DNA of 63,494 bases, counting the filler, from Octopus bimaculoides (lineage: Eukaryota): assembly GCF_001194135.2 (NCBI RefSeq). It is 4 parts of 4 records of this genome, joined end to end, with 100 filler letters (N's around TTAATTAATTAA, not from the genome) between each part and the next. Parts side by side here need not be neighbours in the genome. Positions count along the whole stretch, not along the records: positions 1 to 28,769 come from NC_068982.1; positions 28,870 to 41,892 come from NC_069003.1; 2 more parts are not named here. One strand, given 5' to 3'. Position numbers and translations under genes: made by a program. Of this stretch, positions 25,291 through 37,357 are shown piece by piece. Numbering within the stretch: the stretch's first letter is position 1; the number at the start of each line of letters is the position of its first letter. Below the pieces are notes generated by a model. It saw nothing but the letters and a program-made list of their open reading frames with translations, was not told where the DNA came from and did no database searches.

Positions 25291-27205
25291 TCGAGTGCTA
25301 AGCGCACTCCTCCTGGGTTAAAACAGCAGTATCGTCTGTTTTTATAGAACACCCACGTTTAGGTGGCGATAAACATTACTATTGAAAATAATCTTTCTTA
25401 AAAATATGTTTCGTGCCAATTAAAACTATGAATCTAATTCTTTAGTGATCACAACACTCACACAGATTTCCAGGCTCAGTGAATGAAATTTTTTAATGTT
25501 CATACCTTTCTGAAGAGTATTAGTAATGCTCTTCAGTAAGGTTCTATTCGTTTGGCGCCAGTTGATCAAGCGTCAATACACTGTAAAATCTGCAAAATCT
25601 ATTCAATTAGTGACAAGGAAACTTCGAGACCGGATTGTTAGCAGCTTGTGCAGTACTCAGCACATATTTAAGAATATCTAATGAAAGAAAGAGAATACTT
25701 TCAACATTTTCCCTTCTTTTGTTCGATTCATTGATTATTAACCTGAAGAGTTGTAGGTGAAGTAGTAATAATACAGCTATCTAAATGAAAAAGCAGTTAT
25801 ATTTAGCTTTAGTAAGAAGCAGTACAGAAGCCAATTAAGTGTCAAACTAGAATACGAATTACAGCCTTAGTCTTTCCTTTCTTTGTGCTGGAGAGTACGT
25901 TTAATCAGTTCTACTTGTAGAATACCCGATGAAATTAAGGAAACTGTTTAAACTATAAAAATAAGAAGTTAAAAGAACACAACGAATCAACAAAGGAGTC
26001 TCTATGTGAGTACTCGATCTACTAGAAATAGCAGCTAAATCACCATGGTATTTCACCACACAGTCTTAAGTAGCCCTTTTTAGTGTTGGAGGTATTTTTT
26101 GACAGGGGGAGCGGAGATTAAAGATATGCACAGTAGTGCTTTTTTTTTTACATCATTAATGCATATTTTATCAGTTAAAGTAAAGTCAAGCTCACTGGAA
26201 TTTGGGTATGAAACTACACAAGTGAAAACTGAATACTGCAAGTTGTTTAACTACAGGCCAACCCTGCTCAGTCAGGCATGTAATGAAAAGAGTTAAGGCC
26301 GTCAACACCACATATTTTAAAACATTTATACCTAGATTTATATTATTAACTGCTTTTGAAACAGTAAAGTGTTATTTGAGGAAGATTTGAAGCTATTACT
26401 ACTAGTCAAGCGACCACAAAGAGACTCTCGCATTGGCTCAAACACTGCACGTAATTTAATCCAGAGCTCTACAGTGTCCGACATCTTCCGTGTCATTTTA
26501 TCACAAAGATAACCATGTGGCAGTATGGCAGGAAATTTTCTAGACAACTAAATAAACTTCGTTTGCAAATAGTGAGACGAAGAAAAAGCGTTAAATAACA
26601 GTCATGTTAGGTGTCATGTTAGGTTTTGTGTTTCTATTAAGGAAGTTAAGAGTAATTTGGTGAAAGCGAATGAGAACCGTTACTAGTGATGTAAAGCGAC
26701 ATCAGTAGGTACATGCAAAGAGCATCTAAAATAAACTACTAGCTAAAATCATAGACATTGATCAATCAATCATCGTTAATTTACAACACAAAAACGATAT
26801 TAAAACAGACAATTGATTGGCAATATCAGACTATCAGGGTAATATTTCACTTTTATTTCCATCTGTTGATCGAGAAAGGATAAATTGTAGCCTCCAGACA
26901 GCAATTGTTGAAGGTTGGTTGAAAGAGGTGGTGTTGCAAGTTAATAAACAGAAATGGAAAAGATATTCGACAGAAATGATATAAAGGTTTAAGAATTTAT
27001 ATGCTGGGGTGTTTGATAAAAAAAAAAGGAAAAACTTTCGACTAGCATTTCAGTTTGTATGACGACATCGTGCAAACATTGAGATTAGATATTAGCAGCA
27101 AAAATAACGACATCAATGGGCACAAGGTGTCATAAATATGAACGACGGTGACGATAAAATTATAATTCTGTTCCTCTCATATTTGGTTTTCAAGTTATTC
27201 CTATT

Positions 27206-28295
27206 AAGGCATTTGACTCGGTAGACAGGGATGTGCTCTGGAAGATCCTGGAGATGAGACGTATACCACCCCGACTGGTTGGGATGATGGCGGCCTTGTA
27301 TACTGGAACAGTGAGCACAGTTCGGTTTGGGGCTCAACATCTGACATTTCTTTCTGGTTAGATCTGGGGTTCTTCAGGGTTGTGTTTTGGCTCCCAATCT
27401 GCTCAATGTTTGCATGGACTGGAAAGTTAGCTGGATGGCTCAAACGAGATGTGGAGCGCTCATTGGTGAAACTAGGATTACTGGCCTAGATCTTGCTGAT
27501 GATGCTGCTATTCTTACAAAGTCGCTGGATGTCTTAAAGTGTGCTCTCCTTTCGCCAAGCAAGGAAGCGGAACTACTTGATCTTAGAGTTTCTTGAGTCA
27601 AGACAAAGCTGTAGTCTTTTATTGGCTTCATAGTGGACTCCAGCTTGTCTGCCTCTCTTTTTCTTGCGGGTGTGAATGTCAAAGTTGTTGACCGCTTCAC
27701 TTATCTCGGCAGTATGATCCATACCAGCATTTTCTGAGTCTGAAGTCTTAAAAAGATTAGGACCTGCTAGTATAGGTGTAAACTCACTGGACAGGAGTGT
27801 TTGGCTCTGCCGATATCTGAGCAGAAGGACAAATGTTCGGGTCTTCAGGTCTCTAGTTCTCCCTAGATTGCTCTACTGTTGCGAGATTTAAACACTGTCC
27901 GAAGCTTTAGGAGCCATCTGAACTCCTTTGGTACCAGGATGGTTCACAGGATTATGGGTTACCATTGGTACGATTTCGTATCCAACCAACGACTCTACTC
28001 AGAAACTTGGCTACGTCCTGTTACTTGTATGATTCGGGAACATCAGCTCAGACTGTTTGATCATGTTGCTCGATTTTGCGAATTGGATCCTCCTCTCTGA
28101 GGATTTGGCTGGAGTGACGGCTCGTGTTGGTCGGCCACATACCACATTGTCATGGTGGATAAGGTAGTATCTCCTGGAGATGGGGACTGACTGGGACACT
28201 GTTCGGAGGGTTGCCCGGGACGATCCTAGCAAATACTGATAAATGGTAGATGCAGCAACGCCTTGCAACGGTGCATGCTCCCATACATGACCTGA
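27206..28295 (+). mobile_element. 5'-truncated RTE-type LINE (RT domain to 3' end), pseudogenised
   Basis: KAFDSVDRDVLWKIL, GVLQGCVLAPNLLNVCMDW, ITGLDLADDAAIL (YADD-equivalent), KTKL, FTYLGS, QLRLFDHVAR. Ends GATGCAGCAACG...CATGCTCCCATACATGACCTGA. Many stops. Confidence 0.9.
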
Positions 28296-28630
28296 ATTTA
28301 TTCTTACAAATATATTTATGAACGTAGGTCGTTACATATAATTCCTGTTTTATTTCCAATTAGTACGCTATATTTATCAATTTCAATGATATTCCTTCTT
28401 TTGGCTGACATTTCACATCATTTGTATTTTCTTACCATATCTAATTATTATATTTTATCATAGTATTTTCTGATACTGTCTATAATGCAAACGAAAACAA
28501 TTTCCCTATAATATAAATTGCAATTATTATCTCTAATTTATTATTACAAAAGCCCAGCGGTATTAATTTATTAAATATTTTATTGTTTAAAAATTACGAG
28601 ATTTTGACATCTATATATATAAAAATGAGA

Positions 28631-28679
<49 letters not shown>

Positions 28680-28769
28680 TGTGTCTAAAACTCGAGAACT
28701 ACGCAACCAATTTCATTCAAATTTTAGACATGCCTTACTTAGGGTTCCAGTTGTGTTTTAGTCAAAATT

Positions 28770-28869
28770 NNNNNNNNNNNNNNNNNNNNNNNNNNNNNNN
28801 NNNNNNNNNNNNNTTAATTAATTAANNNNNNNNNNNNNNNNNNNNNNNNNNNNNNNNNNNNNNNNNNNN
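28770..28869. other. Assembly scaffold join (N44-TTAATTAATTAA-N44)
   Basis: Exactly 100 bp with a six-frame-stop linker; identical to the joins at 41893 and 53379. Confidence 0.97.
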
Positions 28870-29854
28870 CTTGTGACACTCAGTTTCGTTGTTCTACCTG
28901 CATCTTTAGAATTGTGTGTGTATGTGTGTGTGTAAACGCACATATATATATGTATATATGTATCTTCCTCTCTCTTTATATACACACACACATATACATA
29001 TACACAAATAAATGCAGATGATGCTAATACATTTATCTATCAGTTTCGATCGTTTCAATAGCTTGTGGAAATATTGCATCAATCAACGTGTTAGATTATA
29101 CAAAACTAAAAATTAAGCATTACCTAAGCCATATAATATTCAATGAAAATTTCTGCCAAGTGTCTCATCTGACTAGAAGTAGATGCAATGTTAACTTACA
29201 TATTGATAGAATAAATAGAATGAGAAAAGGCGGGGCTTATTCTGTCATAGTAATAAATCAAATAACAAGTTGTCACACAATCAGAGAAAACATTTAAGAG
29301 CAGCGTTATTAAGTTGCAGACCGTATGTTCCAAGTTCAAAGCCCACGTATGCCAGCTTTGCCTTTCATACTTCAACTGTCAACAAAATAAGTACCACTCA
29401 AGGTTGTACATATGTTTAGGTATCTCTGGTATATATATACCGTATATACTCGGCTATATTTCTTCCATGAATTTTCACCCAAAGTTGAGTGGGCAACTTA
29501 TAAGCGCATCTTATGAAAAGATCTTCAGATATTTTCTAGGTACAAACCACGTCTGAAGTTCCAACACTTGGAATAACCGAGAAGGATAAAATTTTACATT
29601 ATAAACAACGGTTCCTAAAATGCATGGACTTAATGGGATAGCAGTTGTTGTAAGTCATCTTCAGCTTACTGAAACCTCAGTTACCGAACAACAACTATGT
29701 CGGCGCGATTTCCGATCGAACTTTGCTCTCCAGCATCAAAAATGTTGTTGCGACTTATAGTCGGGTCAATGATAAAATTCCTCTGTCTATATATCTATGT
29801 GTGCGTGAATATACATGTACGGAAGCCTGTAATCATGTATATATGCATGCACAC

Positions 29855-29910
<56 letters not shown>

Positions 29911-29954
29911 ATATTATGTGTGTGTGTGTGTATATATATCTTTTATATTTTATC

Positions 29955-30180
29955 TTTTAGTTGTTTCAGACGTTAAATTGCGGCCATGCTGGAGCACCGC
30001 CTTGGAGGATTTTTGATCGAATGAATCGATCCCAGTATTTATTTTCTTTTTAAGCCTGCTACTTATTACATTAGTCTTTTACCGAATCGCTATGTTACGG
30101 GGATGTAAACACACCAACATCGATTGTCACGCGGTAGTGGGAAACAAACAGAGACACAAAGACACACACACAAACAAATA
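29955..30180 (-). mobile_element. SINE B 3' half
   Basis: GTTGTTTCAG..TGCGGCCATGCTGGAGCACCGCC...GTAAACACACCAACATCG: reverse complement of the family B tail. Confidence 0.85.
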
Positions 30181-30289
30181 AACACGCCAAAGAAAACGGG
30201 TACGATTTAATCGACTAACCGTTACCTGAAGAGTCTCGTCTTGTGTCTTTATCGCAAACAAATATTTACAAGGAAATGGCATTTAACCT

Positions 30290-30650
30290 GGAAATCAAAC
30301 CGTCCGTAACGTCAGGAACCCCTAATCTGTTTCTATTAGCTCTCAAACTCTCTCTTTTTAAGAAAGCTATGACGCCATCAAACCGAAATGTTTTGAAACA
30401 AAGAATTGTGCAACCTCACCCACGTCACACATTCTTCTCGCCTGTGGTTTTACTTCATACACTCCGGGTCCCCACTTGTTCAAGAACAAACTATAGATTC
30501 GAATGTTTCAGATAAAAGCGGTCGATGTTAATAACTCATTACACGGAGATAGAGATGGCGACGGGGATGGAAACAGAGGCGCCATTTTGTTTAGCTTGGT
30601 ATTGCTGTTATCTTTCAGGTAGAAAATAGAGGATAACTTCCGGAAAGGAA
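30290..30650. promoter_or_regulatory. Promoter-like motif cluster (YY1, ETS, CRE half-sites)
   Basis: GGCGCCATTTTG (30578-30589), ACTTCCGGAA (30636-30645) and several TGACG/ACGTCA sites in a locally CpG-richer unique segment. Confidence 0.25.
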
Positions 30651-31679
30651 GCCATATCTTGTTGGTGTGATAAGACGAACTCTTCCGTAAGAGCAGCAAT
30701 TGTTTGCTACCAGGTTAATTGGGAGTGATAAGATTATTGCACAGGCAATGTTGTGAATGTGTATGTGTGTGTACTCCTACATGTGTGGGGAAGTTTGTGT
30801 TCTCATGTATGTGTGTGGATGTGTGTGTGTTTGTGTAATTACCTGGAGTGGACGTTCGTGTTTTAATTAATGCATGTGTATAGTTTCGTGTGCGCTTGTG
30901 TTCTTGTCTATGGGTGTATGTTCGTTTATATGTATATACACTCCCATGCATGTTTGTGTGCGTGTGAGTATTTATAGAAGCACTTAAAAAACAACTGTCA
31001 CAAAAATATTCACACGCATACAATTGCATACAGACACACATACACACATAACCACATACATGCGCTCATACACGTATACTAGTACATATATACACTTATA
31101 TATGTGTGTACAGCAATATACAGCTGTATACTTTAGTCAGTATACGTAAAAAGATGTATAATTATTCATAAGTTGCGCATACATACACACACAAGCAGAT
31201 ATGTCTATACATGCCTGAGTATGCGTGTGTGTATGTATATGTGTGTGTGTGTCCATTTATCTATGTATGAAAGGAATGACGTGTATATTTACTAATATTC
31301 CGCGACTAATATTGTTTTATATTGTTTTAGATTGTTTTTTTCTCACCTCATAATTAGTTCTAATTAATTATTTTTAAGTGTATCCTGTATTATCGTATCT
31401 TCAGGCATTCATGTCGACATTGGAAAAAGGGTAAGCATTAGTGTAAGCATTCAAACACCGTCACTACCTTCCAACCCCTGCTGTATTTCACATGAAACTT
31501 TTGGTCCTCCAGAGTTGTCTTGGATTTATAAGTGAACCTACCTTTATTTTATGTAAATTTTGGTCTGCAAAACTCAACTCGTATGCCGGGAAATACTATA
31601 AATACGAACCCGAAACCAAGTGGTTGCAAAGTGAGCTGTTTAACCTCACCGCCAAGCCTTTGCCTATGTATGCTGAGAC

Positions 31680-31992
31680 CCCCCCCCCTTCGGTCATGAC
31701 TGACCATGGGATTGTACCTAGAAAGTTACCGTCCCAGGCACAAGTCCGGGCAAGGTTGTTTATGGAAGACCAGCAGTCACCCATGCATACCAGCCTCCCC
31801 TCTCCACACCACCAGTGTTATCCAAGGGAAAGGTAAAGGCTGATACAACTTGGCACCTGTGATGTTGCAACTCATTTCTACAGATGGGTGAACTGGAGCA
31901 ACGTGAAATAAAGTATCTTGCTCAAGAACACAACACATAGCCCGGTCCAGGATTCAAACTGACAACCTCACGATCGTAAACTCTACGCTTTA
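31680..31992 (-). mobile_element. SINE family D (tRNA head GAAGGCGCATGGCTCAGTG)
   Basis: Minus-strand tRNA-like A/B boxes and the TTCTTGAGCAAGATACTTTATTTCACGTTGCTCCAG domain. Related heads at 33370-33543 and 54640-54785. Confidence 0.8.
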
Positions 31993-32004
31993 AGCACTGA
32001 GCCA

Positions 32005-32390
32005 TGCGCCTTCAATTTTGCCTATGTATACGTTACGAAATATTCCGGGGAGTAATCGGGTATTTTAGGATCAGCTGGTGTGACCATCGAACAAACGAGC
32101 CAGTAGCGGAGGAAATTGAAGCAGAAAGAAAATTTTCGTGCGGCACAGGAAATTGCAGTATTTTGGACATGCCATTGCTGTCCAGAATCTGAACACTTGC
32201 GTCATAGAGGGACGAGTCAATGGCAAACGAAGAAGCGAGAGACCAAAATGATGCTGGCTGGGCAACATCAAAGAATGGAATGGAAACCTCTGGCTGAATA
32301 CAGATACATGGTTAAAAATAGAAATCAGTTGAAGGAGATGGTGCATGCATAGCTCCATTGCCCCTAACTACAAGCAATGTGGATGAGATT
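32005..32390 (+). mobile_element. RTE-type LINE 3' fragment
   Basis: ISWCDHRTNE, RHRKLQYFGHAI, IEGRVNGKRRSERPK*CWLGNIKEWNG: the typical RTE ORF2 C-terminus. Confidence 0.85.
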
Positions 32391-33369
32391 CATCCCACCA
32401 TCATGAACTGCCAACATAACCACCACCAACACCACCACCACCACCACCACCATCATGGCCATCACCCCTACCAATACCTCCACTACAGCAACTGGAACGA
32501 GGACGACGATGACCACCACCATCACAAACCACTACCACTATCACCATCACAAACACCGCCACCACCACCATTTTGTCTCTTAGATACAGATATACCTACC
32601 GCACAGGTCTAAGAACTTACATCGGGAACAGCCACAAAATGTGCTGCAAAGAATTTTGTTCAACACTTAGAATCGCGCCAAACCAACGCCCTGGGGGTTT
32701 TATTATTATTATTTTTTATTTTATTGAACTCTGTAGGATGAAAGGCTAAGTTCATCTTGGTGGGATTTCAACTCAGTAATGTAAATAGCCGGATTTATTC
32801 ACAACTTTACAGAACAACTGAACTCGCGTTACGGAAGTTAGCGAGTCACCGGATCACCAGTCGACATTAATAAAACTTCTCCATGCTGTGACCGTGAAAC
32901 ACCGAGACCCTCTCTTATTTGCCGAGTATCTTGTACCTGGCAAGCTGTCTTCCTATATTACTCAACCATTCAATCACTGAATTTCTGATCCTCTCCATAA
33001 GTCACTGAGTATTTGGTTGTCTTTGTATAATACTCAATCACTCAATTTCTGAGTCACCGATTCTATCTTACTGATTGTCGTAATACATTATTCCATCACT
33101 CTATCACTGGGTCTCAGGACCACTGAGTCACTCACTAACTGGATCGCTAAGTCAGTGGGCCGTTAAGTCGTCAATAAATTGTGTTATCAAATCCCATACC
33201 GGGAATTGGTGAATTAAGCAAAGAGACAGGTAAGTTAACTTAAGACGATCTGCAAAGACATCGAAGAAAGTCTGAGCGTTCAACTTTTGCCGAACGACCG
33301 GCACAAATGGTTTGTTTATAGCGATCAAATGTTCATACAACACATTAGCTCACTCCCGCCATCAAATCG

Positions 33370-33543
33370 ACGTTATCTGGATATGTGCACTGTGTAGCAC
33401 GCGTCAGGTATCGCAGTGATCGCAGAGCAACGCGAGATGATGTGTTTTGCTCAAAAGCACAACACACCGGCCTGTCTAGGAATTGAACTCACGATTTAGC
33501 GATCGTGAGTGTAACACCCCAAGCACTAGGCCATGCGCTCTCA
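33370..33543 (-). mobile_element. SINE D head fragment
   Basis: GAGCAACG.GAGATGA.GTGTTTTGCTCAA...GGAATTGAACTCACGAT...GCACTAGGCCATGCGC, homologous to 31880-31992. Confidence 0.8.
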
Positions 33544-33556
33544 CTGTTTATATGGA

Positions 33557-33737
<181 letters not shown>

Positions 33738-33992
33738 AAAGATACACATATATATATGTATATAGACAAATATATATATATACATATATATATGCACATA
33801 TATAAATACACAGGCACACATATATACACATACATAAACATACATATATTATATATATATGTATGCATGAATATATGCATGTATATGTGTGTGTTTGTAT
33901 ATATGTATGCGTGAATGTATGTATATATATATGTATGTATCCTGGTCTCTCATCGAGGCATCACAATAAAGCACGAATGCAGGCAACGAAGT

Positions 33993-34023
33993 AGCGGAAC
34001 AGCGGAACAGCGGAACAGCGGAA
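33993..34023. repeat. (AGCGGAAC)x4 octamer tandem repeat
   Basis: Three full units plus one partial unit, read directly. Confidence 0.95.
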
Positions 34024-34310
34024 TAATCAATCACCAGGTTGTCTGTCTGTTGGCGGTAATCCTCACGGTGTGTGGTATGACCATATTACACGGGAGTGTT
34101 GAAGTCTGTTGTCACTAATGATGATGTGAAAGTGGATTAGTCGATTGGATTAATGAAGATTAGTGAAGATGGAAAAAGATCGATGTGCACCACAGAACAG
34201 TCGGGAACAACTTTGCGACTTGATGCAAGTTATTGGCTTATTTCGTGTCTCCGCCTTTATATGTCTGTGAGTGTGTGCGTGTGCGTGCGTGCGAGTGCGT
34301 GTGTCTGTAC

Positions 34311-34369
<59 letters not shown>

Positions 34370-34621
34370 NNNNNNNNNNNNNNNNNNNNNNNNNNNNNNN
34401 NNNNNNNNNNNNNNNNNNNNNNNNNNNNNNNNNNNNNNNNNNNNNNNNNNNNNNNNNNNNNNNNNNNNNNNNNNNNNNNNNNNNNNNNNNNNNNNNNNNN
34501 NNNNNNNNNNNNNNNNNNNNNNNNNNNNNNNNNNNNNNNNNNNNNNNNNNNNNNNNNNNNNNNNNNNNNNNNNNNNNNNNNNNNNNNNNNNNNNNNNNTA
34601 TGTGTGTGTGTGTGTGTGTGT

Positions 34622-34665
<44 letters not shown>

Positions 34666-34864
34666 ACAGTAACTTGGTTACGTCAACTTTACTGGTTAAA
34701 TGTCAGGGTAAGGTTGTATTTTTACTGTGATGTAGTTTTTATTGTGATTCCGATTTTGATCTTCAGTCAACAGCTTATGAGAGAGAACAGTTTCCATATT
34801 ATTCTCTTGTCCTGTGCTTTTTTTCTGCTGTCTGGACTTAAGAATTAGTTATTTCATATACTGT

Positions 34865-35225
34865 AAGGTGTCTGAGCAGTGTGGCCGAACGGTTTAAAAG
34901 AGTTTTCATTGCAGCCATGAGATCCTAGTTTCGATCTTAGAGCGTGGCATCACGCGAAAATGGAATTTTCTAGCGTCTCAGGTTGATCCAAATCTTGCGA
35001 GTAAAAATGGGTTGACGGAGGCAGTAAACAAAGCCCACCAAGGGGTCTGAATCTGCAATTCAAAAGTCCAACCTTGTCTCATACTGTGTCACGCTGATTC
35101 TGCCCAGGAATTACGTGTATGTTACACGTCTCTGTGGAATATTCAACCACTTACATGTTAATTCGGGGGCAGGTAATTCAGTTAGTGAAACAACTGAATC
35201 CTTATTGTCGAACGACGGAGAGCAA
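34865..35225 (+). mobile_element. Degenerate SINE (tRNA-like head plus family C 3' domain) in the intron upstream of the penultimate exon
   Basis: 35060-35225 is the reverse complement of 57620-57790 (CCTTGTC.CA..CTGTGTCACGCTG...CCACTT.CA.GTTAATT). A decayed tRNA-like head lies at about 34870. Confidence 0.7.
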
Positions 35226-35419
35226 CCATTCTGTAGGGAGTACGGCGTAATTTTTATCACACCTTTATTGCCGACAACGGTTAACTAAATACATGCTTTA
35301 TGCTAGACCATGAATTATGCTTTGAAGTATATATCATTTTACTTTTTTACTTGTTTCACTCATTAGACTGCGGCCTTGCTGGGGCACGTTATTATTCATT
35401 TGTTTTTCATTTCTTCCAG

Positions 35420-35557
35420 ATTATATGAGAACCCAATCTGCCTTCAGTATCATATCGATATTCCTTATGTTCCTGGCTCACGTATTTGCCTTCTACTCTT
35501 TCAAGAGACCCAGGTATATTATAAAGCGGCTTACAGCACTTCTACATATGATGACTG
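35420..35557 (+). CDS. Penultimate coding exon of a PMP22/EMP/claudin-superfamily tetraspan protein (TMEM114/TMEM235/Claudin_2-like)
   Basis: Acceptor ttcttccag|A at 35419/35420 and donor ACTG|gtaagg at 35557/35558. The 138-bp phase-1/phase-1 exon reads (D)YMRTQSAFSIISIFLMFLAHVFAFYSFKRPRYIIKRLTALLHMMT(A): a hydrophobic TM2, a basic loop (PRYIIKRL) and the start of TM3. It splices in frame to 36380. Confidence 0.9.
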
Positions 35558-36253
35558 GTAAGGTCTTTTTTCTTTCGGATTTATGCAAGTGTCTCCGTAT
35601 CGTCAATAATAACTACAAATGTGTTTAATAATGAAATAAGATTACGATATAGAAAACTTTGTTTTCTCTTAAATGCCTTTAATACCTTTGTAATAGACGT
35701 TGTATTAAAAATCTTGATTTAAATAACTTTTTCGATTCAATATTTGGTTTAGAAGTATATAAATCAGTATAGTAAATAAAGGAGATAACATGAAGTGGCT
35801 GAGATGACTGAGCATCGAACTTAATGTATTTCAATTGCTGTACAACAAAAAGAAAAAACATTAAGGTTAAACTCAACGACAGAAGAAACAGTAGCAACAA
35901 CTAAAGCAACAATAACAGCAATAACAACAAAAAGAGTAACAAAGCATTAAGAAGAACAACATCAACTACAACAACAGCAGTAATAGCAACTACAACAACA
36001 ATAACAACGCCAAGAACAGTAACTGCAATACCATCCAATAGCAACACTAACGACATTCACCTTATACAACAACATGGTGAAGTTGATGCTCTCGACTAAC
36101 CCATCGTCTCTATAGAAACCGGTCTAGTTCATATGTACAAGAACCTCCTAACTAGTCTCTCAAACCTCCTACGAAACTTCGCTCCCAAATCTACACCTAA
36201 AACCACAACAAAGCTATAACTTGATGCTAGAATTATTTTGTCAGTTTCTTTTA

Positions 36254-36372
<119 letters not shown>

Positions 36373-36379
36373 TTTCCAG

Positions 36380-36636
36380 CCGCCTGTTTGTTGGTACTCA
36401 ATGAAGTGTATATAAAGTCAGTCGACCATGGTATAGACCACATCCCGGCCAGACATCCAAAGATTGCCACCTACCGTTATGGATTCTCTTTCATTTTATC
36501 TTGGATTAGTTTCGTCATTTACTTCTTGGCCGGCTGCGTTTTCCTATTTGCATCGCACAAACAAAAGACCGAAATGGCTGACGAGGAAGATGAACTAGCG
36601 GAACAAGATGAACCAATGCATCTAGGCCGTATATAA
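36380..36636 (+). CDS. Terminal coding exon of the same claudin-superfamily gene
   Basis: Acceptor ttttccag|C; G|CC restores Ala. Reads AACLLVLNEVY...TYRYGFSFILSWISFVIYFLAGCVFLFASHKQKTEMADEEDELAEQDEPMHLGRI*. YGFSFILSW matches the YGWSF-x-LAW signature before TM4 of PMP22/claudin/CACNG-type proteins. Acidic cytoplasmic tail; TAA at 36634-36636. Confidence 0.92.
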
Positions 36637-37041
36637 AGAGATACAGTCACCTGTTTACAATGGTGGAAGCCTTTCTCCGTCTATTTTTCTGATGGACGAT
36701 TATACGATTGGACGATTGGATGTAATTTTTATTCTTGTCCTTTTGGATGAGTGGACGTTTGGACGTAACTTTTTTGTCGTTTTGGACGATTGAACGTTTT
36801 GCGGGGTTTGCGAGTAAAAGCAATAGGGCCTGGTGTTAACACTTTTCTTTATTAAGCTGTTATATCAAAACATAGATTACGAGATTGATTTTTTTTTTTA
36901 AGAGAAAAAAGAGGGAAAAGAAAGAAAATAATGAGAAATAATAGCGTGAAATGAAACGGAAGAAAAGTTGAAGAAGAAAGATAAAGGAAAAAATTTTAAA
37001 AGTGTAGAAAGAAAGGAATCAAGAAGAAAGTTAATCAAAGC

Positions 37042-37128
37042 GATAATAATAATAATAATAATAATAATTAGAAGAAGAAGAAGAAGAAGAAGAAGAAGAA
37101 GAAGAAGAAGAAGAAGAAGAAGAAGAAA
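37042..37128. repeat. (ATA)n + (AAG)n
   Basis: Read directly. Confidence 0.97.
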
Positions 37129-37325
37129 TCCAAAAATATAAATAAAAAGATAGCTAAATAGAAGATAAGTGAAGGAGAAGTGATTTAATGACAAAGGCAA
37201 ACAAGAAATGAGAAAGAAAACGAAGGAAATTAATACGCTATTATAAAGGGAGATAATTGGATGTGAAACTTCCTGCCAATGTTCATTTTTTTACGTGTTT
37301 TTTATACCCCCACCCCATCCCCACC

Positions 37326-37357
<32 letters not shown>

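Noticed and set aside
28814-28825. TTAATTAATTAA palindrome, also at 41937 and 53423
   Set aside because: Always centred in exactly 44+44 Ns: an artificial six-frame-stop scaffolding linker, not biology. Order and distance across these joins are uncertain.
30222-30270. CTGAAGA hammerhead-like cores, also at about 20065, 25743 and 55196
   Set aside because: No stem II followed by GAAA and no stem I complement.
34670-34707. 38-nt exon candidate that would splice in frame to 35420 (NLVTSTLLVKCQ-D)
   Set aside because: The donor is good, but the acceptor follows a pure (TG)n tract and the peptide does not resemble a claudin ECL1. Not supportable without reads.
35347-35387. SINE B 3' tip just upstream of the penultimate-exon acceptor
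   Set aside because: A real fragment, but the acceptor keeps its own pyrimidine tract; no evidence of a functional effect.
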